NCBI GenBank assembly: GCA_019244185.1
Contig: JAFATB010000014.1
Location: 680,637 to 744,636 of the forward strand
Direction: 5' to 3'
Origin: Acidobacteriota bacterium
GTDB lineage: Bacteria > Acidobacteriota > Thermoanaerobaculia > Gp7-AA8
Length of the DNA stretch: 64,000 nucleotides
Below are positions 9,059 to 19,702 of the stretch, piece after piece (within the stretch, counting starts at the first letter, position 1; the number at the start of each line of letters is the position of its first letter). Below the pieces are notes generated by a model. That model was given only the letters and a program-made list of their open reading frames with translations, had not been told where the DNA came from and searched no databases. The position numbers were made by a program, and so were the translations under genes.

Positions 9059-9648
9059 GGCCGGTCTCCCCGCGCGAGGATTCGCTGCGCGGCGCGCGCG
9101 AGCTTCCGCTTCGCGCTGACGATGTACGCTTTCGCGCCGCTGCTGTTCTCGAGCCGCAGCAGGCGCGTGATCGCGTCGAGCGGCAGCTCGTCTCCGTAGT
9201 GCAGTGTGAACACGGTCCGCTCCTTCTCGTCGAGCGTCTGCGCGAGAAAGGTCTGCAGCCAGCGCGCGCGGCTGTTGCGTGCCGCGAGCTGCTCGGGATC
9301 CGGCTCCAGCGTCGCCACGTCGAGGAGCGCCTCCTCCGAATCGTCCATCGGCAGCGCGGCTCGTTTCGAGCGGTTGATCGCCTCGTTGCGCGCGATGCTG
9401 TACAGCCAGGTACCGAACTGCGAGTTGCCCTGAAACGAGTCGAGATGGCGATGCGCCTTGAGAAAGACGTCCTGCGCCAGATCGGCCGCCGATTCGCGCT
9501 CGCCCGTCAGCCGGAAGCACCAGCCGCCGACGCGCTCGTAGTAGCGCGCGAAGAGGCGATCCGCCGCCGCGCGCCTCTGCTCGGGCTTCGCGTGACGCCA
9601 GGCTGCGAACAGCTTCTCGTCCGTTTCGGGCGAGGGCGTCTGATCCAT
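9055..9648 (-). CDS. ECF RNA polymerase sigma factor
   Basis: LFARYYERV...AADLAQDVFLKA...SFQGNSQFGTWLYSIARN (region 2) and region 4 HTH. Perfect TATAAT (9656-9661) sits 7 nt upstream of ATG 9648; alternative start 9657. Confidence 0.93.
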   Translation of the reverse strand: MDQTPSPETDEKLFAAWRHAKPEQRRAAADRLFARYYERVGGWCFRLTGERESAADLAQDVFLKAHRHLDSFQGNSQFGTWLYSIARNEAINRSKRAALPMDDSEEALLDVATLEPDPEQLAARNSRARWLQTFLAQTLDEKERTVFTLHYGDELPLDAITRLLRLENSSGAKAYIVSAKRKLARAAQRILARGDRP

Positions 9649-9674
9649 CGGTTTCATTATAGTGAGCGCTTCGC

Positions 9675-12176
9675 ATGATTCCCGGTCTCGTTCCCTTGAG
9701 ACAACGCGCAGGTCTCCGGCGGAACAGAAATCTTTCGATGGTCGTGCTGCTCCTCGCGGGCTTCGCAGTGCGCGCACCGGCCGCGACCGTCGAAGAGACG
9801 CTCGCGCGGGCGCAGGCCGCGGTGAATGCGGGCGACACGGACGCGGCGCTGGCGACGTATCGCGCGCTCCTGCCGTCGCTGCCGCGGAACGCGCGGCAGC
9901 GGGCGGAGGTGCTCGATGAGCTCTCCGCGATCGAGACCGACGCGGGTGACTACGACGCCGCGGTGCGCGATGCGAAAGCGGCCGCCGACGTGTACGCGGC
10001 GCTGGGGGACGGACGCGGCCGCGCGTCATCGCTGAATCAGGCCGGGCTCGCGCAGATGTATGCGGGAAGTTACGCGATCGCGCGCGAGACGCTCGGTCGC
10101 GCGCTGCGCATTGCCACGCTCGCGGGCGATGCGGAAGGCCGCGTCGAGGAACTGATGAACCTCGCCAGCGTCGACTTCTACGTCGGCCGGTACACCGACG
10201 CCGCGGCCTCGTACGACCTCGCCGCGCGGATCCTCGACGAGCAGCGCGCCGCGCCGTGGACCGCGCGCCGCCGCCGCATCCTGCTCGCGAACCGCGCGAC
10301 GCTCGATCAGCGCCTCGGCCGCTATGACGAAGCGCTCGCGCAGTACCGCCTCGCGCTGGCGGACACCGCGAACCTGCGCCCCGCGGAGCACGCGCAGATG
10401 CTGGTGAACCTCGGCGTCGTCTATCGCCGTCTCGGCGATCCTTACAAGGCGCTCGCGGCGTACGACGAGGCGCTGCCGCTGTTCGCGCGCGACGAGCAGC
10501 TCGATGCGGAGCTGGGCGTGCTGAAGAATCGCGGCATCGTCCTCGCGCTCGACCTCGGCCGTCTCGTCGAGGCGCGGGCGACGTTCGCCGATGCCTTCGC
10601 GCGCGCGACGGCCTCGGGGAACGCGCGCGAAGCATTGCAGGCGCGGCTCTACGGCGCGGAAACCGAACTGCGTCTCCGCAATCTCACGGCGGCCGCGCGC
10701 GAGTTCCGCGCCGCGCTCGACGAAGCGCGGCGGCTGGAGACGGTCGAGGAACAGTGGAAGGCGCTGTACGGCCTCGCGCGGTGCGAGCTCGCGCTGCGCG
10801 ACGTCGATGCGGCCGAACAGCATCTGCGTGCCGCGCTCGACGTCATCGAAACGATTCGCGAGGGCATCCGCGTTCCGTCGCTCAAGTCGGACTTTTTCAA
10901 CGACAAGCGCGAGGTCTTCGACGCGTTCATCGCGCTGCGTCTGCAACGGAAGGCCGGCGCGCGCGAGTTGTTCGAGCTGATCGAGCGCGGGCGCTCGCGC
11001 GGCTGGCGCGATCGCCTCCGCCTTCCCGCGCACGTGGAGCTCGCGGCCGTGCAGCGCGCGCTGCCGGACGACGCGCTGCTCCTCGACTTCTGGACGTCGT
11101 CGTCAGGCTCCGCCGTCATCGCGATCGGCAGAACGAGCGCCGCGGTTCGCGCGATCTCCGTCGACACCGCCGCGGTCCGCGCGCTCGCCGATGCCTTGCC
11201 GCGCGGCGCGGCGTCCGCGTGGCGTGCGCCCGCGTCGACGATCGCGCGCGGACTGCTCCCGCCGCTGCCGGCCGCGGCGACGCATCTCGCAATCGTCACC
11301 GATGGCGCGCTCGCGTCGATTCCGTTCGAGCTCCTGCCGGAAGGTGAGCGCCTCCTGATCGAGCGCCACGACGTCACGTATCTGCCGACCGCCGCGCTGC
11401 TGCTCCGCGGCGCGACGCGCATTCGTCGTTTCGCCGCGCCGTGGTCGGTGCAGTTTCGCGGTTTCGCCGACCCGCTCTTCCGCTCGGCCGCGCTCGACGA
11501 TCCGCGCGATGTGCGCGCGCGCCTGGCCGGCTCCGCGCGCGAGGTGCGCGACGTCGCGTCGGAGCTCGGCGGCGCCTCGCGCCTCTACCTCGGCGCGAAC
11601 GATCGGAAGGCGTATCTCGACGAGCAGGACGCGCCGCCGCTCCTGCACATCGCCAGTCACGCCTTCGTCGATTCCGGCGCGATCGAGCAGTCGCGCATCC
11701 TCTTCTCACCGGCGAACGCCGCCGGTGCCGCCGATTACCTCTTCCTCAAGGAAGCGTACGACCTGCCGTTCGCGCAACTGGAGCTCGCGGTGCTCAGCGC
11801 CTGCGACACCGAGCGCGGTCGGGTGTTGGCAGGGGAGGGGATCGAGAGTTTCAGCCGTGCGTTCCTCGCGGCGGGCGCGAAGAGCACGGTCACGACGCTG
11901 TGGCGCGTTCCGGACGAGAGCACGGCCGCGTTCATGCGCGTCTTCTATCACCACCTGCAGCTCGGTGCGACGCGTGCGGAGGCGCTGCGCCGTGCGAAGT
12001 TGCGTTTCGCGCACAGCAACACCGCGCTCGCCGACCCGCACTATTGGGCCGCGTTCGTGCTGACGGGCGACGGCTTGCGTCCGGTGTCGACCGCGCTGCG
12101 CTGGCGGACGCTCGCGATCGCGCTGCTGCTGGTTGCCGCGGCGGCCGTCGCCGCGTGGATCGCGCGGCGCGGGTGA
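9675..12176 (+). CDS. TPR-CHAT (caspase-like C50/CHAT) protease, exported and C-terminally membrane-anchored
   Basis: N-terminal signal, TPR array, IERGRSR, LASIPFELL, LHIASHA, LSACDT, TTLWRVPD, HYWAAFVLTG, C-terminal TM plus RRG. Start could be 9738. Confidence 0.92.
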   Translation: MIPGLVPLRQRAGLRRNRNLSMVVLLLAGFAVRAPAATVEETLARAQAAVNAGDTDAALATYRALLPSLPRNARQRAEVLDELSAIETDAGDYDAAVRDAKAAADVYAALGDGRGRASSLNQAGLAQMYAGSYAIARETLGRALRIATLAGDAEGRVEELMNLASVDFYVGRYTDAAASYDLAARILDEQRAAPWTARRRRILLANRATLDQRLGRYDEALAQYRLALADTANLRPAEHAQMLVNLGVVYRRLGDPYKALAAYDEALPLFARDEQLDAELGVLKNRGIVLALDLGRLVEARATFADAFARATASGNAREALQARLYGAETELRLRNLTAAAREFRAALDEARRLETVEEQWKALYGLARCELALRDVDAAEQHLRAALDVIETIREGIRVPSLKSDFFNDKREVFDAFIALRLQRKAGARELFELIERGRSRGWRDRLRLPAHVELAAVQRALPDDALLLDFWTSSSGSAVIAIGRTSAAVRAISVDTAAVRALADALPRGAASAWRAPASTIARGLLPPLPAAATHLAIVTDGALASIPFELLPEGERLLIERHDVTYLPTAALLLRGATRIRRFAAPWSVQFRGFADPLFRSAALDDPRDVRARLAGSAREVRDVASELGGASRLYLGANDRKAYLDEQDAPPLLHIASHAFVDSGAIEQSRILFSPANAAGAADYLFLKEAYDLPFAQLELAVLSACDTERGRVLAGEGIESFSRAFLAAGAKSTVTTLWRVPDESTAAFMRVFYHHLQLGATRAEALRRAKLRFAHSNTALADPHYWAAFVLTGDGLRPVSTALRWRTLAIALLLVAAAAVAAWIARRG

Positions 12177-12303
12177 CGTAGCGGTGGTCCCGCATCGGAG
12201 TGTCGTCGCTCGGCCGCGTGCGCCGGTCAGTAGTGGCTTGTCGCGCGCGTCGTGAGTGGCCCTCGCGGCGCGCGAGCCACGCGGCATCATCGCGGGCGAT
12301 CGT

Positions 12304-13560
12304 ATGGACATCGTTCGCGTCGACGTTGCGCAGCGCAAACGGCAGAAGATTGCGCTGCAGGTTGCCTTCGTCTGCATTGCCGTCTCCGTCGCGGCGGTGG
12401 CGTGGTCGCGATTGCGGCCGGCGTCGCCGAAACTCAGCCGCTCGCAGGCGTGGATCGACACCGTGCGCCGCGGGCCGCTCGCCATTCAGGTGCATGCCTC
12501 CGGCGTTCTCGCGCCGGAAGACGTGCAGTGGATCGCGGCGGCGACGGACGGCCGCGTCGAGCGCGTGCTCGTGCTCGCGGGCACGGTGGTGCAGCCGGAG
12601 ACCGTGCTCGTCGAGATCCAGAATCCCGAGCTGCAGCAGGCCGCGACCGACGCGCAGTTGCAGTTGCGCGCCGCGGAAGCGGAACTGCAGAACCGCAGGA
12701 GCCAGGTGCAGAGTGCGCTCCTCGCGCAGCAGGCTGCCGCGGCGGCGGCGCGGGCCGACCACGAAGAGTCGCGTCTGCGCGCGGCGGCGGACGAGGACCT
12801 CGCGAAAGCGGGATTGATCTCGCCGCTGACGCTGCAGTTCTCGCGCGGGCGTGAAAAGCAGCTCGCCGTGCGCGCCGACGTGGAGGATCAGCGGTTGCGT
12901 CTCGCGCGCGCGAATGCCGGCGCCGACGTCGCGGCCGCCGTCGCGCGCGTCGACCAGATCCGCGCGCTGGTCGCGCTCAAGCGCCAGCAGTGCGATGCGC
13001 TTCGTGTTCGCGCGGGCCGCGCGGGCGTCGTGCAGGAAGTGCCGCTCGAAGCGGGACAGCGCGTCGCCGCGGGCGCGGTGCTCGCGCGCGTCGCCGCGCC
13101 CGAGCCGCTGAAAGCCGTCATTCAGGTTTCGGAAGTGCAGGCGTCGCAGATTGCGACGGGGCAGCAGGCGGAGATCGACACGCACAACGGCATCGTCACG
13201 GGCCGCGTCGTGCGCATCGATCCGGCGGTGCGCAACGGCAGCGTCACGATCGACGTCGCGCTGCCGCAATCGTTGCCGCCCGGCGCTCGTCCCGATCTGT
13301 CCGTCGACGCGACGATCGACGTCGCGCGCATCGCCGATGCGATCTATGTCGGACGGCCCGTGCAGGCCGCGCCGAACAGCAGCGTGGCGCTGTTCAAGTT
13401 GCTCCCCGACGGCGTGACCGCCGTCCGCACGAACGTCCGCGTCGGCCGCGCGTCGTTCAACGCGATCGAGATCACGGGAGGCCTCGCGCCCGGCGACCGC
13501 GTGGTGCTTTCGGACACGAGTGCCTTCGACCGCTTCGACCGCCTCACCATCGCCGATTAA
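12304..13560 (+). CDS. Efflux periplasmic adaptor (HlyD/MacA family)
   Basis: N-terminal TM, GRVERVLV..G..V lipoyl half-motif, alpha-hairpin, EITGGLAPGDRVVLSD. Start trimmed to ATG 12304. Confidence 0.92.
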   Translation: MDIVRVDVAQRKRQKIALQVAFVCIAVSVAAVAWSRLRPASPKLSRSQAWIDTVRRGPLAIQVHASGVLAPEDVQWIAAATDGRVERVLVLAGTVVQPETVLVEIQNPELQQAATDAQLQLRAAEAELQNRRSQVQSALLAQQAAAAAARADHEESRLRAAADEDLAKAGLISPLTLQFSRGREKQLAVRADVEDQRLRLARANAGADVAAAVARVDQIRALVALKRQQCDALRVRAGRAGVVQEVPLEAGQRVAAGAVLARVAAPEPLKAVIQVSEVQASQIATGQQAEIDTHNGIVTGRVVRIDPAVRNGSVTIDVALPQSLPPGARPDLSVDATIDVARIADAIYVGRPVQAAPNSSVALFKLLPDGVTAVRTNVRVGRASFNAIEITGGLAPGDRVVLSDTSAFDRFDRLTIAD

Positions 13561-13569
13561 GGAGACCGC

Positions 13570-14270
<701 letters not shown>

Positions 14271-14274
<4 letters not shown>

Positions 14275-16673
14275 AAGCGCTCCTTCTTCACGAGCTCCGC
14301 AGCGTGCTCGCCGCGTTCCGCCGGAGGCCGCTGGTGCCGTTCATCGCGACGTCGATGCTCGCCCTCGGCTTCGCCGCGAATGTCGCGGTGTTCACCGTCA
14401 TCAGCCGCACGCTGCTCCGGCCGCTGCCGTATGCGCGCGCCGAACGCATCGTGGTGCCGACGCTGACGTTCATCGGTCCCGGCCAGGCGGAAGATCCGGG
14501 GCCGGCCGGAAGCGTCGAGCTCGTGCAGTGGAAGTTGCGCAGCCGCGTGTTCACGGCCATCGAAGGCGTGCGCGACGTGTACATGACGCTGCGCGACCGC
14601 GGCGAACCCCAGGGCATCGCGGGGTCGACCGTGACCGGCGGCATCTTTCGCCTCTTCGGCGTACGGCCGATCGTCGGCCGCGACTTCGCGCCGGAGGATG
14701 ACGTGCCGAACGCGCGCGTCGTGATCCTCAGTCACGGCTGCTGGCAGCGACGGTTCGGAGGCGACGCGAACGCGATCGGCCGCACGATCTTTCTCGACGG
14801 CAAACCGATGGAGATCATCGGCGTCATGCCGCGCGGGTTCGAGATCGCCACCGTCGACCGGCAGCCGGAGATCTTCGTACCGGCGGGCTTCAGTCTGGCG
14901 AACATGCCGACGCCGACCTCGCGCGGCTATCACGTCTTCGGCCGTCTTCGCGACGGGGCGACGCTGCAGCAGGGTCGCGGCGAGCTTCGCCGCATCACAG
15001 CGGATCTCGGCCGCGAGTATCCGGCGACCGAGCAGCGGCTGAGCGCCGACGTGCAGGACCTGCGCGAGGCCGGATTCGGCAAGCAGCGGCACGCGCTTCT
15101 CGTGCTGTGGCTGATGGTCGCGGTCGTGTACGTGCTGGCGTGCGTCAACGTCGCGAGCCTCCTCTCCGCGCAGATCGCCGACGAGCGCGGCATCACCGCG
15201 TTGCGCCTCGTGTTCGGCGCGGGACGATGGGAGATCGTCCGCTATCGACTGCTGCAAACGCTGATCACCACGCTCGCGGGCGCGGTCGCGGGGTATGCGC
15301 TTGGCCGGCTCGTGCTGCGGGTCGTGCTCGCGAACGTCGCCGATCCGAAGCTCACCAATCCGGTCGAGCATGTCTGGGTCATGCCGCTCTTCCTCCTCGC
15401 GGTTTCGCTCGTCACCGGCATCGCGGTCGGTCTCGTTCCGGCGCTGCGCGAGACGCGCACGCGTCTCACGAGCGCGCTGAGCGAACAGAGCACGCGCATG
15501 TCGTCGAGCGTCCGCGCGACGCGGCTGCGCGAAGCGTTCATCGTCACGGAGGTCGCGCTCGCGGTGCCGCTGCTCCTCGCCACCGCGGCCACGATCCATC
15601 AGTTCCGGGCGCTGCAGCAGACGCCCCTCGGGTTCGACACGCGGAACGTGCTCATCTCGCAGATCGTCGTCTCGCCGAAATACGACAAGGTCGCACGCGC
15701 GCGTTTCGCGCGCGAGCTGATCCGGCGGATCGAGGCGATGCCCGGCGTCGAGACGGCATCGACCACGACCTGCTTTTTCACTCCCGGCAACACGATGACG
15801 ACGTCGGTGGGAAGCGATCGCCTGCCGGAGCCGATGTCGGTGAACCTGCGCCGCATCACGCCGCACTACTTCCGCGCGATGCGCATGCCGCTCGTCGCCG
15901 GACGCGCGTTCACGGACGGCGACGGCGTCGACGCACCGCCGGTGGTCATCATCAGCGCGTCGCTGGCGAAGCGCCTGTACCCGAACGAGAACGCGTTGGG
16001 CAAGCGCGTCCTGCGCGCGCCGCCCGCGGCGCCGGCGACGATCGTCGGCATCGCGCCGGACGTGTACGACGAAGGGGCGAGCGTCGAACTGCAGCCGACG
16101 TACTACTCGCCGTACCTGCAGACGAACAACATCTACATCACGATCGTCGTGAAGACGAAGGTCGATCCGCTGACGCTGCGCGAGCCGGTCCGGCGCGCGG
16201 TCTGGTCGCTCGACCGCGACGTGACGCCGTCGAACGAGGCCGCGCTCGCGGATCTGATGCACGACGCGATCGGCAATGAGCGGCTGCAGATGCAGATGCT
16301 CACCGGCTTCGGGCTCGTGGCTCTGCTCCTCGCGACGGTCGGGATCTACGGCATGACGTCGTATGCGGTCGCGAGCCGCACGCGCGAGATCGGCGTGCGC
16401 CTCGCGTTCGGCGCGACGCCGCGGGACGTCATCCGCGAAATCGTCGGCCGCGCCGTGCGCTCGGTGTCGATCGGCCTCCTCGCGGGAGCGCTGCTGTCGT
16501 TGGTCGTGCAACGTGTCGCGTCGGCGCTGATCTACGCGGGCGCGAAGCTCGAATGGCAGTCAGTCGTGGCGATCGGCGCGGTTCTCTTCGCCGCGGCGCT
16601 CGTCGCCGCCGCCGTTCCGTCGATGCGCACGCGCGCGGTGCAGCCGGTGTGGCTACTGCGGGAAGGCAACTGA
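14271..16673 (+). CDS. Duplicated MacB/FtsX ABC permease (ADOP family)
   Basis: About 800 aa; LLRPLPY, ACVNVASLL, LGFDTRNVL, GIYG...YAV..RTREIGVRLAFGA; ATGA overlap with the ATPase gene. Confidence 0.93.
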
Positions 16674-17480
16674 GCCGGCCGGTGCGAGCCGGCTGCTTCT
16701 GCGGAACTCCGCGGGCGTCATGCCGGTCTCGCGGCGGAAGACGCTGGTGAAGTGGCTCTGATCGTAAAAGCCCAGCGCGAGCGAGATGTCGGCGATCGGC
16801 TCGGAGGAGGCGAGGCGCCGCCTGGCCTCCTCGATGCGTCGCGCGCGCAACCACTGCACCGGCGAGCAGCCGGCATGCGCGCGGAACAGCTTGCGCAGAT
16901 ACGGCGCGTGCACTCCGGTGAGCGCGGCGAGCTCCGACATCGCGGGCGGCGTGGCGAGGTTGGCGCTGAGGAACTCGCACGCCATGCGGAACGCGCGCGC
17001 GTCGTGGGACGCGACGTGCGTGCGGCGTGAGGCGGTGGCGACGATCTCCAGCGCGAGACCCTCGAGCGCGAAACGCGACACGCGGTCGGCCGTGCGCAGC
17101 TCGCTCATGATGCCCGCGATGAGCGGCGTGAGCAGCGGCGTCGACTTCGCCCCGTCGAAAAGGGAGGACTCACTCGTCACCATCTCCAGCGCGGAGTCGT
17201 GCACGTCGATCGTGAGACAGACCGTCTCCGCGGCATAACGATCGGTGTGGCTGATGTCCGGCGGCTTGATGAGGAGCGTGCGGCCCGTGCACTCGAACGC
17301 TTTGTTCGTGAACGTCTCGGTGTAGGCGCCGCGAAGAACGGTGGACATCTTCGCGCGCTGATGACGATGGGCCGGGAGGGCCACGCCGCCGAAATACTCC
17401 GTGACGCGGAACTCGAAGGCGCCCGCCGCGGCGACGAAGATGTCATGGCCTTGCGTGGATCCGACGAGGGGAGCGACCAC
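16653..17480 (-). CDS. AraC family transcriptional regulator
   Basis: Cupin-like LPAHRH N-domain; C-terminal IADISLALGFYDQSHFTSVFRRETGMTPAEFR. GTG 17480 lies 6 nt below an extended -10 (TGgTACCCT). Confidence 0.9.
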   Translation of the reverse strand: MVAPLVGSTQGHDIFVAAAGAFEFRVTEYFGGVALPAHRHQRAKMSTVLRGAYTETFTNKAFECTGRTLLIKPPDISHTDRYAAETVCLTIDVHDSALEMVTSESSLFDGAKSTPLLTPLIAGIMSELRTADRVSRFALEGLALEIVATASRRTHVASHDARAFRMACEFLSANLATPPAMSELAALTGVHAPYLRKLFRAHAGCSPVQWLRARRIEEARRRLASSEPIADISLALGFYDQSHFTSVFRRETGMTPAEFRRSSRLAPAGSVAFPQ

Positions 17481-17578
17481 GTCAGCAGGGTACCACGCGG
17501 CCCTGCGCGGTTTGTTTCTTCCCACGAATCGCCCTGTTTTCCAAGAACGGGCGCGCTCCTGCACGCGACACTGCGTGC

Positions 17579-18748
17579 ATGCGGCGTGGCGCTCTCCTGT
17601 CGAGCATCGCGGCGTTGCGGTGGAGCGGAAACGTACGCACCACGCTCTACCGCGAGCTGCGCTGTCTGATCACCGGCGGTCATCTGCGCGCCGGCTCGCG
17701 CCTTCCGTCCACGCGCATGCTGGCCCGCGACCTCGGCATCTCGCGCAATTCCGTGCTCGCCGCCTTCGAGCGCCTGACCGCGGAGGGCCTCATCGTGTCG
17801 CGGCACGGAAGCGGTTCGTTCGTGAGCCGCTTCGCCGCCGGAAAGAAACCGCATCGCGCCGCGATCGAACACGATCCGCACCTGCGCGTCGCGCGCCGCA
17901 GAGAGACGTCCGAGCCGCGCGACGTCCGTCCGGCAGCCGAGCACTTCCCGCTCGACGCGTGGCAGCGATGCATGCGAGCCGTCGCCAACAGCCTCGTCGC
18001 CGGCGATCTGCACCACGACGTCGCGCCGGCGCTGCAATGCGCGATCGCCGAGCATCTCGCCGCGACGCGCGGCGTGCGCTGCGATGCGCGACAGGTCGCG
18101 GTCTTCAACACGAAGCGCGAGGCGATCGAATTCGCGATGCGCGTCGCGACTGATCGCGGCGACGCGGTCGCGTCGACCGATCCCGACGACCTCGTCGAAC
18201 TCGCGACCGTCCTCGGCGTGCGTGTCGTCGATCGCGACGCGACGCCTCAGCTGATGCATTGCACCTCGTTCGCGGAGTCGAGGCGCGACGTCCTCGCGAT
18301 CGCGTCGCGCGCACACGCGTGGGTGCTCGAGGACGATGCGTACGGTCATTTCGCCACCGACCCGACGCTGTACTCCGGCGACCGGCACGGCCGCGTGCTT
18401 TACCTCGGCACGTTCGCCGACGTCCTGCATCCCGTCGAGATCGCGTTCCTCGTGCTGCCGGAGCGCCTCGCGACGAGCGTGCGTAGCGGCGTATCCGTCT
18501 TCGACCAGCACGTGCTCGCGGCGTTCATCGCCGGCGGATATCTCGCCGCCCACATGCGCCGCCTTCGCGCGATGATCGCCGCGCGCCGGGAAGCCTTGCT
18601 GCGCGATCTATGTGCGACCGGCTGCGAGATCATCGTGCGGCCCCTCCACATCGAATTGCGCGGTGACCGCGACACGACGCGCATCCCTCTCGCCGATCTC
18701 TTCCCGCCGAACGCGGACGCGATCACCGGCAGCCGGCGCATCGCGTGA
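17579..18748 (+). CDS. GntR/MocR-type regulator with a shortened aminotransferase-like domain
   Basis: GSRLPSTRMLARDLGISRNSV...EGLI.SRHGSGSFV wHTH; WVLEDDAY and RVLYLGTF motifs. Confidence 0.8.
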   Translation: MRRGALLSSIAALRWSGNVRTTLYRELRCLITGGHLRAGSRLPSTRMLARDLGISRNSVLAAFERLTAEGLIVSRHGSGSFVSRFAAGKKPHRAAIEHDPHLRVARRRETSEPRDVRPAAEHFPLDAWQRCMRAVANSLVAGDLHHDVAPALQCAIAEHLAATRGVRCDARQVAVFNTKREAIEFAMRVATDRGDAVASTDPDDLVELATVLGVRVVDRDATPQLMHCTSFAESRRDVLAIASRAHAWVLEDDAYGHFATDPTLYSGDRHGRVLYLGTFADVLHPVEIAFLVLPERLATSVRSGVSVFDQHVLAAFIAGGYLAAHMRRLRAMIAARREALLRDLCATGCEIIVRPLHIELRGDRDTTRIPLADLFPPNADAITGSRRIA

Positions 18749-18779
18749 GCGTGATCATCCGTGTGGCCGGTGGATCGCG

Positions 18780-19523
18780 TCACCGCGCCCATTGGCTGGT
18801 ACTGCGGAAGCGGCCGTGTTCTTTCGCGAAGACGAGATAGCGGTGAGCGAGTGCGTTGTCGTACGGTCGATTGCGTCCGTCGACGACGTCGTAGACGACG
18901 TAGGTCCGCGCCTTCATGAAGGTCACGACGTCATGGAAGTCGGGGAATCCTGGCCGGAAGTGGAAGAAGGATGTCTCGATGATCACGATTTCACACGATG
19001 CGAGCAGCTCGCGCGCGCCTTCCAGTACATCGAGCTCGGCACCTTGTGCGTTGATTTTCAGCAGCACGTCTCCCCGTATGTCGAGCTCGCGCGCGACATC
19101 GTCGAGGCGGACGACGGGAACCTGGCGGATTTCGCCCTGCACCTCACCCGCGAGAAATGAGCTGCCGCCCGGATCTTCATCGACGTAGAGAGGGAACGTG
19201 CCTGCAATTCTGCCGGCGCCCGCGATGACGCACGCGCCGCCGCGTCGTCCGGTCCGCTCACGTAGTGCCTGCTCGTGTTCCCTCAACGGCTCGATGCACA
19301 GCAGCCGGCTACGATCGAAGACGTCGAGCGCGGGCGTGCCCTGCGCCGCGCCGACATCGACCACCCACGATGGCGCGTAGCCCAGCCTCGCGAGATGCGA
19401 GAGCGCGTCGTGCATCGATTGGCGAACCGGCGTGACGGCGTCCGGGTCGAGGCGCGGAATCCGTCGGACTTCGACCCCGAGCAGGGCGAGCCCGCGTCGT
19501 ACCCAGGACTTGATCGTTCTCAT
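18780..19523 (-). CDS. FkbM family methyltransferase
   Basis: VVDVGAAQG, CIEP, VRLDD, LLKINAQGAELDVLEGA. Confidence 0.9.
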   Translation of the reverse strand: MRTIKSWVRRGLALLGVEVRRIPRLDPDAVTPVRQSMHDALSHLARLGYAPSWVVDVGAAQGTPALDVFDRSRLLCIEPLREHEQALRERTGRRGGACVIAGAGRIAGTFPLYVDEDPGGSSFLAGEVQGEIRQVPVVRLDDVARELDIRGDVLLKINAQGAELDVLEGARELLASCEIVIIETSFFHFRPGFPDFHDVVTFMKARTYVVYDVVDGRNRPYDNALAHRYLVFAKEHGRFRSTSQWAR

Positions 19524-19657
19524 CGTTTCCGTGACTCGCGCGAGCCGAGTTCGTTTGCGAGAGGGCTGGAACGCTCGATGTTAACGTACGTCTCCCTTCG
19601 CGAGACGCCGCTCTGCGATGGCGGCTGCGCGGCGCCGCTTCACGTGCAATCCACGGA

Positions 19658-19701
19658 CGCAAGGATGCGGGGCCCGTGTCCGCGGGCCCCGCATCCTTGC
19701 G
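19658..19701. terminator. Perfect 19-bp inverted repeat downstream of the SBBP gene
   Basis: CGCAAGGATGCGGGGCCCG-tgtccg-CGGGCCCCGCATCCTTGCG; no U-tract. Confidence 0.6.
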
Positions 19702-19702
19702 C

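Noticed and set aside
8372-10635. 488-aa and 526-aa ORFs as fused proteins
   Set aside because: N-terminal extensions are non-coding frames; real starts are 9058 and 9648/9657.
12250-12275. Sigma54 promoter upstream of the efflux operon
   Set aside because: TGGC is present but the -12 TTGC element is missing.
16653-16673. Convergent overlap of the permease and AraC 3' ends
   Set aside because: Short tail-to-tail overlaps are common; no sign of function.
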